A stretch of 64,000 bases of DNA from assembly GCA_965203485.1 (NCBI GenBank), contig OZ241892.1:672001-736000 (forward strand). The letters run 5' to 3'. Below the pieces are notes generated by a model. The model was not told the DNA's origin. It worked only from the letters and a program-made list of their open reading frames with translations, and made no database searches. Below are positions 7,858 to 18,007 of the stretch, one piece after another. A program made the position numbers and the translations under genes. Numbering within the stretch: position 1 is the stretch's first letter; each line of letters starts with the position of its first letter. This stretch comes from Longimicrobiales bacterium. GTDB lineage: Bacteria; Gemmatimonadota; Gemmatimonadetes; Longimicrobiales; Gaopeijiaceae.

Positions 7858-10388
7858 CTCCGTTCGCGCTGCGGATGGCCCCGCGCGAGTGGCGCTTCAC
7901 CTTCCGCCGCCTGGGCGTCTACATGACGTCGATCAGCGTCGGCGTCGCGGCGTTGGTGGCCCTCCACTCGTTCCGGGCCGACGTGGTGCGCTCGATCGAG
8001 GAGGACAACAGGAGTCTCTTGGGAGCGGACGCGCGCCTCTCCGCGGGGCGCGAACTCCCCGACTCGGTGACGGCCCTGCTCGACTCGCTGGCGGGCTTGG
8101 GCGCCGAGGTCTCGCGGGTCACCAGCCTGGCGTCCATGGCGCTGGCGGAGAAGAGCGGGCTCACGCGGCTGGTGCGCGTCAGGGGAGTGGAGCCTGGCTT
8201 CCCCTACTACGGCGCGGTGAGCACCGAGCCGCCGGGACTGTGGAGGCGGTTGCACGAGCTGGACGGCGTGCTCGTGGATCCGCCTCTCCTCGTGCAGCTG
8301 GACGTCCGGCCCGGCGACACGCTCGGGCTGGGCCGGGCGAAGGCCGTGATCCTGGGCACGGTGGAAGGCCTGCCGACCGACATCGGAATGCAGGCGGCCA
8401 TGGGTCCGCGCGTGTTCGCTGGGCGGGCGCTCTTCGAGGAGACGGGCCTGCTCGCGTTCGGGAGCCTGGCTCGCCACAGCGCGTACGTGCGGTTGCCCGC
8501 CGGCGTGGATCCGGACGCCGTCGAGGACGAGCGCGAGGACCTCCTGCGCGCCGCCGACGTGTCGTTTCGGACGCCCGCCGAGCACACCCGCTCGCTCACC
8601 CGCTCGGCGGACCTCCTGGCCGACTTCCTCGGACTTGTGGGGCTGGCGGCGCTCCTCCTGGGCGGGGTGGGCGTGGGCAGCGCGGTCAACGTGTACGCGC
8701 GCGGCAAGCTGACCCCGGCCGCCGTGCTTCTCTGCGTCGGAGCCACCCGGCGCCAAGTGTTCTCCACTTACCTGCTTCAGGCCACGAGCATGGGCCTCCT
8801 CGGAGCCGTGGCGGGAGTCGCGGGGGGCTTGGCCCTGCAACGGTTCCTGCCGCCGTTCGTGGGCGACGTGCTGCCGGTCGAAGTGACTCCGCAGGTCTCG
8901 CCCGCGGCGGCGGGGTTCGGGCTGTTCATCGGCGCTTGGGTGTCGTTCGTCTTCGCCCTGGTTCCGTTGCTGGGCGTCCGCAGGGTCTCGCCGTTGCAGG
9001 CGTTGCGCCACACCGCCGAGCCGCAGCGCCGGAGAGACTGGGCGCGGACCGCCGCACTGGCCGCGCTGGCCGCGACCGTCCTGGCGCTCGCGGTCTTCGA
9101 GGCTCCCAACCCTCCGACGGGCGTCGCCTTCGCCGTTGCGATCGCCGTCGGCATCGGCGTGCTCTGGTGCGTGGCCGTCGTCCTGGTCCGCGCCACGCGC
9201 CGGTTCTTCCCCCGGCGCGCGAGCTACGCGGTGCGGCAGGGCGTCGCCAATCTCTTCCGGCCCGGCAACCAGACCGTGGCGGTCACGCTGGCGCTGGGCT
9301 CCGGCGTCTTCGTCGTGGGCGCGATCTCGCAGCTTCAGCGCAACCTCATGCGCGAATTCTCGGTGGAGCTGGCGGCGGCGGACATGGTCGTCTTCGACGT
9401 GCAGCCGCACCAGGAGGCCGCCGTGGGCGAGCTGCTCGCGGAGTTCGCGGAGGGCGCGCCCCGGCTGGCGCCGGTGGTGTCGGCGCGCATCGCAAGGCTC
9501 AACGGGCGAACCACGGCCGACATCCTGGCCGACACGGCGACGAGGGACCGTCCTGCCCGGTGGGCGCTCCGCAACGAGTACCGAAACAGCTTTCGATCCG
9601 AGCTTCGCGCCACGGAGACTCTCGTGGCCGGCGAGTGGTGGGACGCCGCGCCCGCGGACCCGGCGCGGGCCCGCGTCTCGTTGTCGGAGGGGCTGGCCGA
9701 AGATCTGCGCGTCGGCGTGGGCGACGAGATCACTTGGTCTGTCGGCGGGATCGAGGTGGCCAGCGTCGTGTCGAGCCTGCGCGACATCGACTGGGGCGGC
9801 TTCGAGATGAACTTCATGGCCGTCTTCGAGCCCGGCGCGCTGGAAGACGCGCCGCGCACGAGCATCGCCGCCGCGACGATCCCGGGCGACACGGCCCGCG
9901 CGGAGTTCCAGCGGAAGATCGTGCGCGACCACCCCAACATATCCGTGCTCGACATGCTGGCCGTGCGCGAGACCGTGGAGTCCGTGCTGGACAAGGTGCT
10001 CGGCGTCGTCGCATTGCTGGCCGGGCTGTGCAGCGCCGCGGGATTGGTCGTCATGGCGGGGGCCGTCGCGTCCACGCGCGCGCAAAGGGCGGCCGAGGGC
10101 GCGCTTCTCCGGGCGCTCGGCGGCCGCGGACGCCAGATACGCATGATCCTCGTCAGCGAGTACGCGGCTCTCGGGTCCCTGGCGGCGCTGGCGGGCGGCC
10201 TGCTGGCGTTGGCGGCGAGCTGGCTGCTCGCCGAGCGCCTCTTCGAGATTCGCTACGTGCCCGCCCTCGACGCGGCGGCGCTCCTCTGGCTGGCCGTGGC
10301 CGGTCTCGCCGTTCTGGTGGGCATGGCCAGCGGCCTGGGCAGGGGGCGCGCCGCTCCCATAGCGGCGTTGCGGGCGACGGTGGACTGA
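7854..10388 (+). CDS. ybbP: ABC transporter permease, YbbP/FtsX-like (type VII)
   Basis: 844 aa with two FtsX-like halves; LLGADARL and GFPYYG motifs; GTGA overlap with the ATPase gene. Confidence 0.88.
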   Translation: MTPFALRMAPREWRFTFRRLGVYMTSISVGVAALVALHSFRADVVRSIEEDNRSLLGADARLSAGRELPDSVTALLDSLAGLGAEVSRVTSLASMALAEKSGLTRLVRVRGVEPGFPYYGAVSTEPPGLWRRLHELDGVLVDPPLLVQLDVRPGDTLGLGRAKAVILGTVEGLPTDIGMQAAMGPRVFAGRALFEETGLLAFGSLARHSAYVRLPAGVDPDAVEDEREDLLRAADVSFRTPAEHTRSLTRSADLLADFLGLVGLAALLLGGVGVGSAVNVYARGKLTPAAVLLCVGATRRQVFSTYLLQATSMGLLGAVAGVAGGLALQRFLPPFVGDVLPVEVTPQVSPAAAGFGLFIGAWVSFVFALVPLLGVRRVSPLQALRHTAEPQRRRDWARTAALAALAATVLALAVFEAPNPPTGVAFAVAIAVGIGVLWCVAVVLVRATRRFFPRRASYAVRQGVANLFRPGNQTVAVTLALGSGVFVVGAISQLQRNLMREFSVELAAADMVVFDVQPHQEAAVGELLAEFAEGAPRLAPVVSARIARLNGRTTADILADTATRDRPARWALRNEYRNSFRSELRATETLVAGEWWDAAPADPARARVSLSEGLAEDLRVGVGDEITWSVGGIEVASVVSSLRDIDWGGFEMNFMAVFEPGALEDAPRTSIAAATIPGDTARAEFQRKIVRDHPNISVLDMLAVRETVESVLDKVLGVVALLAGLCSAAGLVVMAGAVASTRAQRAAEGALLRALGGRGRQIRMILVSEYAALGSLAALAGGLLALAASWLLAERLFEIRYVPALDAAALLWLAVAGLAVLVGMASGLGRGRAAPIAALRATVD

Positions 10389-10448
10389 CGGGCCGGCAAG
10401 GCGTCCGCAAGCGCCCGGCGCGGCGCGACCGCGGCCGGCCGACGCGCG

Positions 10449-11609
10449 TCAGGCGAAGAAGCGGCGGAGCCGGTCAGCGGCCTGTTCCAAGGTGGACCGT
10501 CGCTTGCAGAACGCGAAGCGGACGAGCTTGGCCCCGTCCTCGGGACGGCTGAAGAACGACGAGCCGGGCACGGGCGCCACGCCGCACTCCCGCGCAAGGA
10601 ACCGGCTGAACGCGTCGTCGTCGAGCGCGCTCAGGCGCTCGAACCCCGCCATCACGTAGTAGGCCCCCTCGGGCCTTCGGCAGTCGAAGCCGGCCTCGGT
10701 CAAGCCCGCATGGAGCAGCTCGCGCCGCGCCCGGTAGTCGGCGGCCATGCCGCGGTAGTACTCGTCGCCGAGCTCCCGCAGCCCCGCCGCGCAAGCTTCC
10801 TGGAGGGGCGCGGGCGCCCCGACCGTCAGGAAATCGTGCACCTTGCGGATCGCCGGCGTGATGTCCGGCGGCGCCACGATGGTGCCGATGCGCCACCCCG
10901 TGACGCTGAAGGTCTTGGACAGGCCCGACACGACGACGGTGCGGTCGCGCATTCCGGGCAGCCGGGCCAGCGGCAAGTGCTCGCCGTCGTAGACGATGTG
11001 CTCGTAGATCTCGTCGGTCACGGCGAGGACGTCCCGCTCGACGCACAGATCGGCGACGGCTTGGAGCTCTTCGCGGCCGAACACGCGCCCCGACGGGTTG
11101 TTCGGCGTGTTGATCACGACGGCCTTGGTCTTGCCGGTGACGGCGGCCCTCAATCGGTCCGGATCCAAGCGGAAGTCCGGCGCCGGCAGCGGAACGAAGA
11201 CCGGCTCGGCCCCCGACAGCGCCGCGTCCGGGCCGTAGTTCTCGTAGAACGGCTCCAGAATCACCACTTCGTCGCCCGGGTTGACGGTTGCGAACATGAC
11301 CGCCGCCATCGCTTCGGTCGCGCCGCAGGTCACGGTGACCTCGCGATCCGGATCGACCGCCATGCCGTACCAGCGAGCGTACTGCTCGGCGACCGCGTTG
11401 CGCAGGGAGTCGGTCCCCCAGGTGACGGCGTACTGGTTGACGTCGTCCTGAATGGCGCGGCACGCGGCGTCCTTGAGGAGTTGGGGCGCCGGAAAGTCGG
11501 GAAATCCCTGCGCCAGGTTGATGGCCCCGTGTGCGCGGGCGACGCGCGTCATCTCGCGAATCACCGACTCCGTGAACGAATGCGTGCGAACCGCAGTGCG
11601 ACGGGTCAT
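10449..11609 (-). CDS. PLP-dependent aminotransferase class I/II (YbdL/KAT-like)
   Basis: AINLAQGFPDF, NTPNNPSG, DEIYEHI, SGLSKTFSVTGWRIG. Confidence 0.92.
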   Translation of the reverse strand: MTRRTAVRTHSFTESVIREMTRVARAHGAINLAQGFPDFPAPQLLKDAACRAIQDDVNQYAVTWGTDSLRNAVAEQYARWYGMAVDPDREVTVTCGATEAMAAVMFATVNPGDEVVILEPFYENYGPDAALSGAEPVFVPLPAPDFRLDPDRLRAAVTGKTKAVVINTPNNPSGRVFGREELQAVADLCVERDVLAVTDEIYEHIVYDGEHLPLARLPGMRDRTVVVSGLSKTFSVTGWRIGTIVAPPDITPAIRKVHDFLTVGAPAPLQEACAAGLRELGDEYYRGMAADYRARRELLHAGLTEAGFDCRRPEGAYYVMAGFERLSALDDDAFSRFLARECGVAPVPGSSFFSRPEDGAKLVRFAFCKRRSTLEQAADRLRRFFA

Positions 11610-11801
11610 CGGGCGGCGCTCGGTGAGCAAAGTGGAAGCGAGGGGCGTCTCGGGGCGAAGCGATGCCGGAACGGGACAAGCCGGGTAACGTAACTCGCTT
11701 GGGGTCGCGCGCGCCGAGATGTTGCAAGCTCGAAGGTCGTTGCTTTATGTTGCCAGCCCCGCAGGACTTGCCCCTCGCGCCCCGTCGGTGGTGTTCCTTT
11801 C

Positions 11802-13109
11802 GTGCGAAGCCCCGTTCAGATAGGCCACGAGTTCGGATTGGCGCTGGCCGCCCTCGACGAGCGGCGCCGCGTCATCGCCCTGCGACGAACCTTCGCCCGA
11901 ACCCCCGAGAGGCTGGCGGCGCTGGGCGAGGAGTTCGGCATCAGCCGCGAGCGGACGCGCCAGCTGGAAGCCAACCTGCGCCAGAAGATCGAATCGAGCA
12001 CACGCGAGTTGCTCGACCAAGCCGTCCGGTGGCTTCGGTCCGTGGTGGGCGCCGCCGCGCCGCTGGACAGCTTCCGGGAGGCCGTGGATCGGATCGTGGG
12101 CGACGCGCCTCCGGCTTGGCGGGTGGCCGCCGAGGTGGCGCTCATGGACGCCGCCGGCTACCGAGCGATGGACGGGGTGGCGGGAGACGCGTCCTTTCGC
12201 GCCTTCGTGGAAGAGATTCGCCAGCGCGCTCCGCGGTTCGCGGACCGGTCCCGCCTGGTCGACGAGCAGCGCCTTCGCGATGCCGTAGTGGCGGAGCCGG
12301 TCGCGGGTTGGGAGTCCGCGGTCCGCAATGCGGGACTGATCCGCATTCGCGGCAGGCTGGTCCTGCGCGACACTAGGCGGGCGCGCGTCGCCGTCGTGCT
12401 GGACGAAGCCGGGCGCCCGCTCTTGCGCGAGGAGATCGCCGAGATGGCGGACTTGGCCGACAACACGACGCTGTCGAGCCTGCTGTCGTCCGACAAGACC
12501 TTCGTTCGCCTCACCAAGGACAAGTGGGGCCTCCGAAAGTGGACCGACGAACCGTACCGAGGCGTCGTGGCCGAAGTCGTCAAGCGCATCGAGCGAGCGG
12601 GCGGGCGGGTCGAAGTCGATGCGCTTATCGAGGAAATCCCCGAACGCTACGGCGTGCTGCCGGCGACCGTCCGCAATTACTTGGCCACCCGCAAGTTCGT
12701 GGTCGAGGACGGCTTCGTGAGCGTCGCAGCCCGGCCGTACGTGGCCGTGCAGCCCCTCGAAGAGGCCCGCGACGTGATGTGGACGCGCGACGGCAAGCCG
12801 GTGTTGCGCTTCCTGGCCGGCGAGCACCATTTGCGCGGCAACAGCCAGAAGATCTCCATGGCGGTCGCGCAGCGCCTCGGCGTGGGCCTCGATCAGTCGC
12901 GCCGGGTCCCGTTCGCGTATCCGCGCGGCGTGGACGCGGCCTCGGTCATTTGGCGGTCGTACGATCCCAACGGTCCCGAGATGGGGTGCCTTCGCGAGGC
13001 GTTGCAGCGCGCCGACGTCCGCCCAGGAGAAGACGTGCTGGTTCTGCTCGGCAGGCGTGGACTTCGCCTCCTCGATCCTTGGACGGTGCTCTTGGTCGAC
13101 AAGCCTTGA
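11802..13109 (+). CDS. Sigma70 region-4-like HTH plus winged-helix domain protein
   Basis: LDERRRVI..RRTF...LAALGEEFGISRERTRQLEA matches sigma region 4; LDEAGRPLLREEI...FVRLTKDKWGLRKW resembles HARE-HTH/RNAP-delta-like. Start uncertain. Confidence 0.7.
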   Translation: MRSPVQIGHEFGLALAALDERRRVIALRRTFARTPERLAALGEEFGISRERTRQLEANLRQKIESSTRELLDQAVRWLRSVVGAAAPLDSFREAVDRIVGDAPPAWRVAAEVALMDAAGYRAMDGVAGDASFRAFVEEIRQRAPRFADRSRLVDEQRLRDAVVAEPVAGWESAVRNAGLIRIRGRLVLRDTRRARVAVVLDEAGRPLLREEIAEMADLADNTTLSSLLSSDKTFVRLTKDKWGLRKWTDEPYRGVVAEVVKRIERAGGRVEVDALIEEIPERYGVLPATVRNYLATRKFVVEDGFVSVAARPYVAVQPLEEARDVMWTRDGKPVLRFLAGEHHLRGNSQKISMAVAQRLGVGLDQSRRVPFAYPRGVDAASVIWRSYDPNGPEMGCLREALQRADVRPGEDVLVLLGRRGLRLLDPWTVLLVDKP

Positions 13110-13112
13110 GGC

Positions 13113-14402
13113 ATGGGCGGGCGCGGAGTCGGCGAGACGGTCGGCGAGGCGCCCCGCCGGACCGGGCCGCGGATGCTCGCCCTGCTGGCCGTGGCCGAGC
13201 TCCTGGCGATGTCCGTGTGGTTCACGGCATCGGCAGTCGCGGAGGGCTTGGCGACTCGATGGGATCCGGGGCCGGGCGCGCCGGCTCGCGTCGGTGGGCT
13301 CTCGGCGGCGGTCAACCTGGGGTTCGTCGCGGGCACGGGCGTGGCGGCCGTCCTCAACTTGGCGGATCTGCTGCGGTCGCGGACGTACTTCGCGGCGTCT
13401 GCGGTCCTGGCCGCCTTGGCCAACGCGGCCGTGCTGTCGGCGCCGAGCGAAGCGGGGGCGCTGGCGGCGCGCTTCGCGACCGGCTTTCTGCTGGCCGGCG
13501 TCTACCCGCCGGCGATGAAGATGGCGGCCACGTGGTTCCGCTCCTCCCGCGGGCTCGCGATCGGCGTCCTGGTCGGCGCGCTGACGGCGGGCAAGGCCGT
13601 GCCGCACCTGATCAGGGCGTTGCCCGGCGCGGGTGCGCCCGAAGTGGTGCTGGCATCGTCGGCGGGGGCCGTCGCGGCCGCGGCGCTGGTGGGCACGTTC
13701 TACCGGGACGGACCGTTCGCCTTTCCTCGCCGGCGCTTCTCGTGGGGACTGGCGCGGACGGCGTTGCGCCACCGCCCGACGCGGCTCGCGACCGTCGGCT
13801 ACTTGGGCCACATGTGGGAGCTGTACGCCGTGTGGACCTGGGCGCCCGTCTTCGTCGCCGCCTCGGCAGAGGCCGCGGGGGTGGCGCCGCAGTTCGGCGC
13901 GCTGGCCGGATTCCTCTTGTTGGCCGCGGGCGCGCCGGGCTGCGTGTGGGGAGGCTGGGCCGCGGACCGCGCAGGGCGCGAGCGGGTGGCGGCGTGGGCG
14001 ATGGCGGCGAGCGCGGCGTGCTCGGCCGGGGTCGGCTTCCTGTTCGGCGGACCGTTCGGGCTGCTCGTGGCTGCGGCGGTCGTGTGGGGGTTCTTCGTGG
14101 TGGCCGACTCGGCCCAGTTCAGCGCGCTGGTCACGGAAGTCGCGCCCGCCGGCGCGGTGGGCACGGCCCTGACGCTTCAGACGTGCCTGGGATTCCTGCT
14201 GGCTGCGGCCACGATCGAACTGGTCCCCCGCGTCGCGTACTCGGCCGGCTGGGCGTGGGCCTTTCCGCTCTTGGCCGTGGGGCCGGTGGCCGGGATCCGG
14301 GCGATCAGGCGGCTGGAGCGTCTCCGCGGCGTCCGCGCAACGCCAAGTAGACGCCCCAAGTCAGGACGGGAATCACGAACACGGCCACGAATCCCCACGT
14401 GA
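13113..14402 (+). CDS. MFS transporter
   Basis: About 12 hydrophobic segments; LAMSVWF, GVYPPAMK, GYLGHMWELYA, VVADSAQFSA. Confidence 0.9.
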   Translation: MGGRGVGETVGEAPRRTGPRMLALLAVAELLAMSVWFTASAVAEGLATRWDPGPGAPARVGGLSAAVNLGFVAGTGVAAVLNLADLLRSRTYFAASAVLAALANAAVLSAPSEAGALAARFATGFLLAGVYPPAMKMAATWFRSSRGLAIGVLVGALTAGKAVPHLIRALPGAGAPEVVLASSAGAVAAAALVGTFYRDGPFAFPRRRFSWGLARTALRHRPTRLATVGYLGHMWELYAVWTWAPVFVAASAEAAGVAPQFGALAGFLLLAAGAPGCVWGGWAADRAGRERVAAWAMAASAACSAGVGFLFGGPFGLLVAAAVVWGFFVVADSAQFSALVTEVAPAGAVGTALTLQTCLGFLLAAATIELVPRVAYSAGWAWAFPLLAVGPVAGIRAIRRLERLRGVRATPSRRPKSGRESRTRPRIPT

Positions 14403-15393
14403 TCGTTCCGTACCCCTTCGCGATCAGGGGAATCAGCCCCGCCTGCGCGATGACCGCTGCCGCGGCCAGCAACCCGCCCGCCAGCGCGGCTCGCTTCCAT
14501 GCGGACAGCTCCGCGCCTCGTTCGCGCGCCGTGCGGGCGAAGCGCTCGTTGACGGCGTGCACCAGCCCGGCCCCCGTCTCGGCCAGCGTGCCGAACAGCA
14601 TCACTTGAAAGACTATCTGGAACGCTCGCGATCCGAGGAGATCGAGCATGTAGTTGACCGGGGCCTCCCGGCTCACGATCGCCGGGTACTCTCCGGCCAC
14701 CGCCAGCACGAAAAGCGCCGCGGGCAGGATCGCGACCGGGCCGGTGAGCAGTCCGGCCACGACGCTGTCGCGGCGGCTGCGAAGGTGGCGCAGCGTTGCC
14801 AGCACGGCCGGAAGCACGCCCAGGTTGTATCCCGCGTACGCGACTCCGCTCGTGAACCACGCGCCCTCGATCACGCCCGACGCGAGCGATTCCGTGATCG
14901 CAGGCCCGAAGCGGACCGCGCACCAGACGAAGAACGCGCCGTACACGACGTACAGCACGCCCGACCATCCCGTGAACGCCCTCTCGATCAGCTCGTTGCC
15001 GCCCACGACCAGCGCCCCGACCACCGCCATGATCGCCGCGACGCCCACCAAGTACGGCAACCCGAACGTCTGCCGCAGCATGGTCCCGGCGGCGGCCGCC
15101 ACCACGGCGAGCACGAGCAGCAGAAGCAGCACGTACAGCGCTTCGAACGCGACCCAGAAGCGTCCCAGCAGCGCCTTGAAGAAGCCGCGGTACTCGAACG
15201 TCCGGAACACTCGGGCGAACTCGTAGCTGGCCACGCACACGGCGCTCCACACGGCGGTGGACACGCCCATGGCCAGCAGGGCGCCCGCCGGCCCCCGCGC
15301 CAGGAAGAATTCCACGAGTTCCTGGCCAGTGCCGTACGCGCCCGCGATCACGACGGACTGAAACACGAATCCGGGCAGCAGGCAACGGCGCAA
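14305..15393 (-). CDS. YkvI-like membrane protein (APC-type amino-acid transporter)
   Basis: LLPGFVFQSVVIAGAYGTGQELVEFF, the GGY.TG.E..EFF-type motif; ~10 TM. Start is TTG 15393 or ATA 15402. Confidence 0.8.
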   Translation of the reverse strand: MRRCLLPGFVFQSVVIAGAYGTGQELVEFFLARGPAGALLAMGVSTAVWSAVCVASYEFARVFRTFEYRGFFKALLGRFWVAFEALYVLLLLLVLAVVAAAAGTMLRQTFGLPYLVGVAAIMAVVGALVVGGNELIERAFTGWSGVLYVVYGAFFVWCAVRFGPAITESLASGVIEGAWFTSGVAYAGYNLGVLPAVLATLRHLRSRRDSVVAGLLTGPVAILPAALFVLAVAGEYPAIVSREAPVNYMLDLLGSRAFQIVFQVMLFGTLAETGAGLVHAVNERFARTARERGAELSAWKRAALAGGLLAAAAVIAQAGLIPLIAKGYGTITWGFVAVFVIPVLTWGVYLALRGRRGDAPAA

Positions 15394-15398
15394 CGCGC

Positions 15399-17186
15399 TT
15401 ATTTCGCGCGCACCCCCTTGGGCGCCACCCGGCGCTCGGCGCCGGCGATGGAGTAGTCCACGACGAGCGCCAGGACCGCCGCGGGCGCGGCCCCCGAAAG
15501 GATCATCGCGGAATCGCGCAACGCCAACCCGGCCACGATGGGGTCGCCCAGTCCGCCGGCGCCCACGAACGCGGCCAGCGTGGCGGTGCCCACGTTGATG
15601 ACCGCGGCGGTGCGGATGCCCGCCATGATGACCGGAGCCGCCAGCGGCAACCGAATGCGCGTCAGCAGCTGCGCCTCGGTCATGCCCAGCGCCCGGCCGG
15701 CGAGGACGGCGTCCGGGGCGGCTTCCACCAGCCCCGTGTACGTGTTGCGCAGGATGGGCAGGAGCGAATAGAGGAACAGAGCCGCCACCGCCGGCGCGGC
15801 GCCGATGCCGAAGAGCGGGATCATGAAGGCGAGCAGCGCGATCCCCGGCACGGTCTGCAGCAAGCTGGCCACGCGCAGCGCGGACTCGGCCCAGGCGCGG
15901 CGGCGTTCCAGCGCCAAGCCGGCCGGCAACGCGAACAGGACCGCGGCGCCCAGCGACCCCAGGACAAGGAGCAGGTGACGGACGGTCTGGTCGGCCAGCG
16001 AGGCTCGGTCGTGCCGCACCCGCTCGAAGAGCCGGATCCACCAGGCCCACGGACCTGCGGCCGGGCGCGCGTCCTCGGGCGCCGCGCCGGGCGCTGCCGG
16101 CGCCGCATCGCGGAGAAAGCCGCTCTCGGCCAGCAGCAGCCGCGCCGCGTCGGCCACGGCCATTTGATCGAGTTCCACGCGCTCGTTGGCCCGCCGCATC
16201 GTTTCCTCGTCGATCCAGCCGGCCAGCCGCGACAGCGCAAGCGCGGCCGCGGGCCTTTCCGCGTACAACCCCGGCCCTGCCAGCGGCGCCGCGTCGTAGG
16301 GCGGAAAGAAGGCAAGGTCGTCGCGCAGCACCACCAAGTCGTAGCGGGCGATGGCGCCGTCGGTCGAGTAGGCGTCGATCAAGTCCACCTCGCCCTGCGT
16401 CAACGCGGCGTACTTGACGGCCTGCAGCAACGCCCGCGTCTCGCCAAAGCGGATGCCGCGCGCTTCGAGCCCGGGCAGGCCGTCCGCCCGCCCGATGAAG
16501 CCGGGCGAGAATCCTCCCACGAGCCCTCCGGCCGACGCTTCCAGGTCCGAGAGCCCTCGGAGTCCGAGGGAGTCGGCCGTCTCCGGCCTCGTCGCCATGG
16601 CGTAGTTGTTCTCGAAGCCGAGCGGAGGAAGCCACCGCAGTCCCCAGCGGCTCTCGAACTCGAGCCCGACGCGGCGCAGCACGGCCGTCCGGTCGCCCAG
16701 CGCGTTCTCGCCCAGCATCGCCGCCAAACCCGTGCCCGTGTACTCCGGGTACACGTCGATCTCGCCCGCGACGAGCGCTCGAAAGACCAACTCGGTCTCG
16801 CCCAGGCCCAGCCTGCGGTCGACCGGATGGCCCGCGTCTTCCAGCACCAGGGCGAACACCTCGGCCAGCACGTACGATTCCGCGAACGACTTGGAGGCCA
16901 CCACGATCGGCTCCCGGCGGATGTCCGGGCCGCCGACGGGGCCGGCCGGCGCGCCCGCCGAGGACTGCGCCGCAACCAATGGCGCGGGCGCCCCCGGCCC
17001 GTTGCTCGCGGAGCGGCTCCCCGCGCCGTGCACCGGGCGCGCTGCCGGCCCGTGCGGGGGCGCCGGCAACGACGCCGCGAAGGTCTCGCCGGAGGCGGCG
17101 ATGTGCGCGACGCCGGCCGCGAGCAGCCAGGCCGCGAACGTCGCGCAGCCTCTGCGCCGGGCTCCACGCGCGCTCGTCGCGCCCAT
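15399..17186 (-). CDS. Glycine betaine/choline-type ABC transporter, substrate-binding plus permease fusion
   Basis: IVVASKSFAESYVLAE, IDVYPEYTGT, LGFENNYA (SBP), then QTVPGIALL, LPILRNTYTG, GAGGLGDPI (permease). Confidence 0.92.
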   Translation of the reverse strand: MGATSARGARRRGCATFAAWLLAAGVAHIAASGETFAASLPAPPHGPAARPVHGAGSRSASNGPGAPAPLVAAQSSAGAPAGPVGGPDIRREPIVVASKSFAESYVLAEVFALVLEDAGHPVDRRLGLGETELVFRALVAGEIDVYPEYTGTGLAAMLGENALGDRTAVLRRVGLEFESRWGLRWLPPLGFENNYAMATRPETADSLGLRGLSDLEASAGGLVGGFSPGFIGRADGLPGLEARGIRFGETRALLQAVKYAALTQGEVDLIDAYSTDGAIARYDLVVLRDDLAFFPPYDAAPLAGPGLYAERPAAALALSRLAGWIDEETMRRANERVELDQMAVADAARLLLAESGFLRDAAPAAPGAAPEDARPAAGPWAWWIRLFERVRHDRASLADQTVRHLLLVLGSLGAAVLFALPAGLALERRRAWAESALRVASLLQTVPGIALLAFMIPLFGIGAAPAVAALFLYSLLPILRNTYTGLVEAAPDAVLAGRALGMTEAQLLTRIRLPLAAPVIMAGIRTAAVINVGTATLAAFVGAGGLGDPIVAGLALRDSAMILSGAAPAAVLALVVDYSIAGAERRVAPKGVRAK

Positions 17187-17278
17187 GCAGCCGAGCCCCT
17201 CGCTCGTCGCGCGCGCCGGTCTCCGGGGGCGCGCCGCGCCCTGCCGTCCGCGCCCGCGTCCCCGCGCCGCCGCGCGCC

Positions 17279-18007
17279 TCACGCGCGCACTCCCGACCTC
17301 GAGATGAGTTCGGCCGCGTACCCTTCGGCCCGGTCGCACAGCTGCTCCGCCGCGGCCTCGGCGACGACTTGGCCGTCGCGCATGACCGCCACGCGCGTGG
17401 CGACTCGAAGCGCCTCGGCGATGTCGTGAGTGACGAGGACGCAAGTCACGCCGGAACTGCGGCGCACTTCGGCCAGCGCCTCCTGGGCTTCGAAGCGGGT
17501 GATGGCGTCCAGCGCGCCGAACGGCTCGTCCATCAGCAGGATGTCGGGGTCGGCTGCAATCGCCCTCGCGATCGCCACGCGCTGGCGCTGCCCTCCCGAC
17601 AATTCGCGCGGGTACCGGTCGGCGAATTCCTCCGGGTCCAGTCCGAGCCGGGACAGCGCGGCCCGACCGCGCTCGTCGGCGTCCGGCCGGGACTGGAGGC
17701 GCGGGACGAGGCTCGCGTTGGTCAGGCAAGTCCAGTGCGGGATCAGGCCGCTGTCCTGCTGCACGTATCCGATGGAGCGGCGCAACGCGACCTGGTCGAG
17801 CGACGCCACGAAGTCGCCCCGAACGAACACCGACCCGTCGTCCAGGCGCGTGAGGCCGTTGACGGCGCGCAGCAAGGTGGTCTTGCCCGACCCGCTCTCG
17901 CCGACCAAAGCCAGGCAGGCGCCCGCCTCGACGGAGATGCTCACGTCGTCCAGCGCTACCGTCGCGCCGTACTGCTTTCGGGCGCGCTTCACGCGGATCG
18001 GGGTCAC
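17279..18007 (-). CDS. Osmoprotectant-type ABC transporter ATP-binding protein
   Basis: GESGSGKTT, IGYVQQ..GLIPHWT, LSGGQRQRVAIARA, LMDEPFGALD. GTG start overlaps the upstream stop. Confidence 0.92.
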   Translation of the reverse strand: MTPIRVKRARKQYGATVALDDVSISVEAGACLALVGESGSGKTTLLRAVNGLTRLDDGSVFVRGDFVASLDQVALRRSIGYVQQDSGLIPHWTCLTNASLVPRLQSRPDADERGRAALSRLGLDPEEFADRYPRELSGGQRQRVAIARAIAADPDILLMDEPFGALDAITRFEAQEALAEVRRSSGVTCVLVTHDIAEALRVATRVAVMRDGQVVAEAAAEQLCDRAEGYAAELISRSGVRA

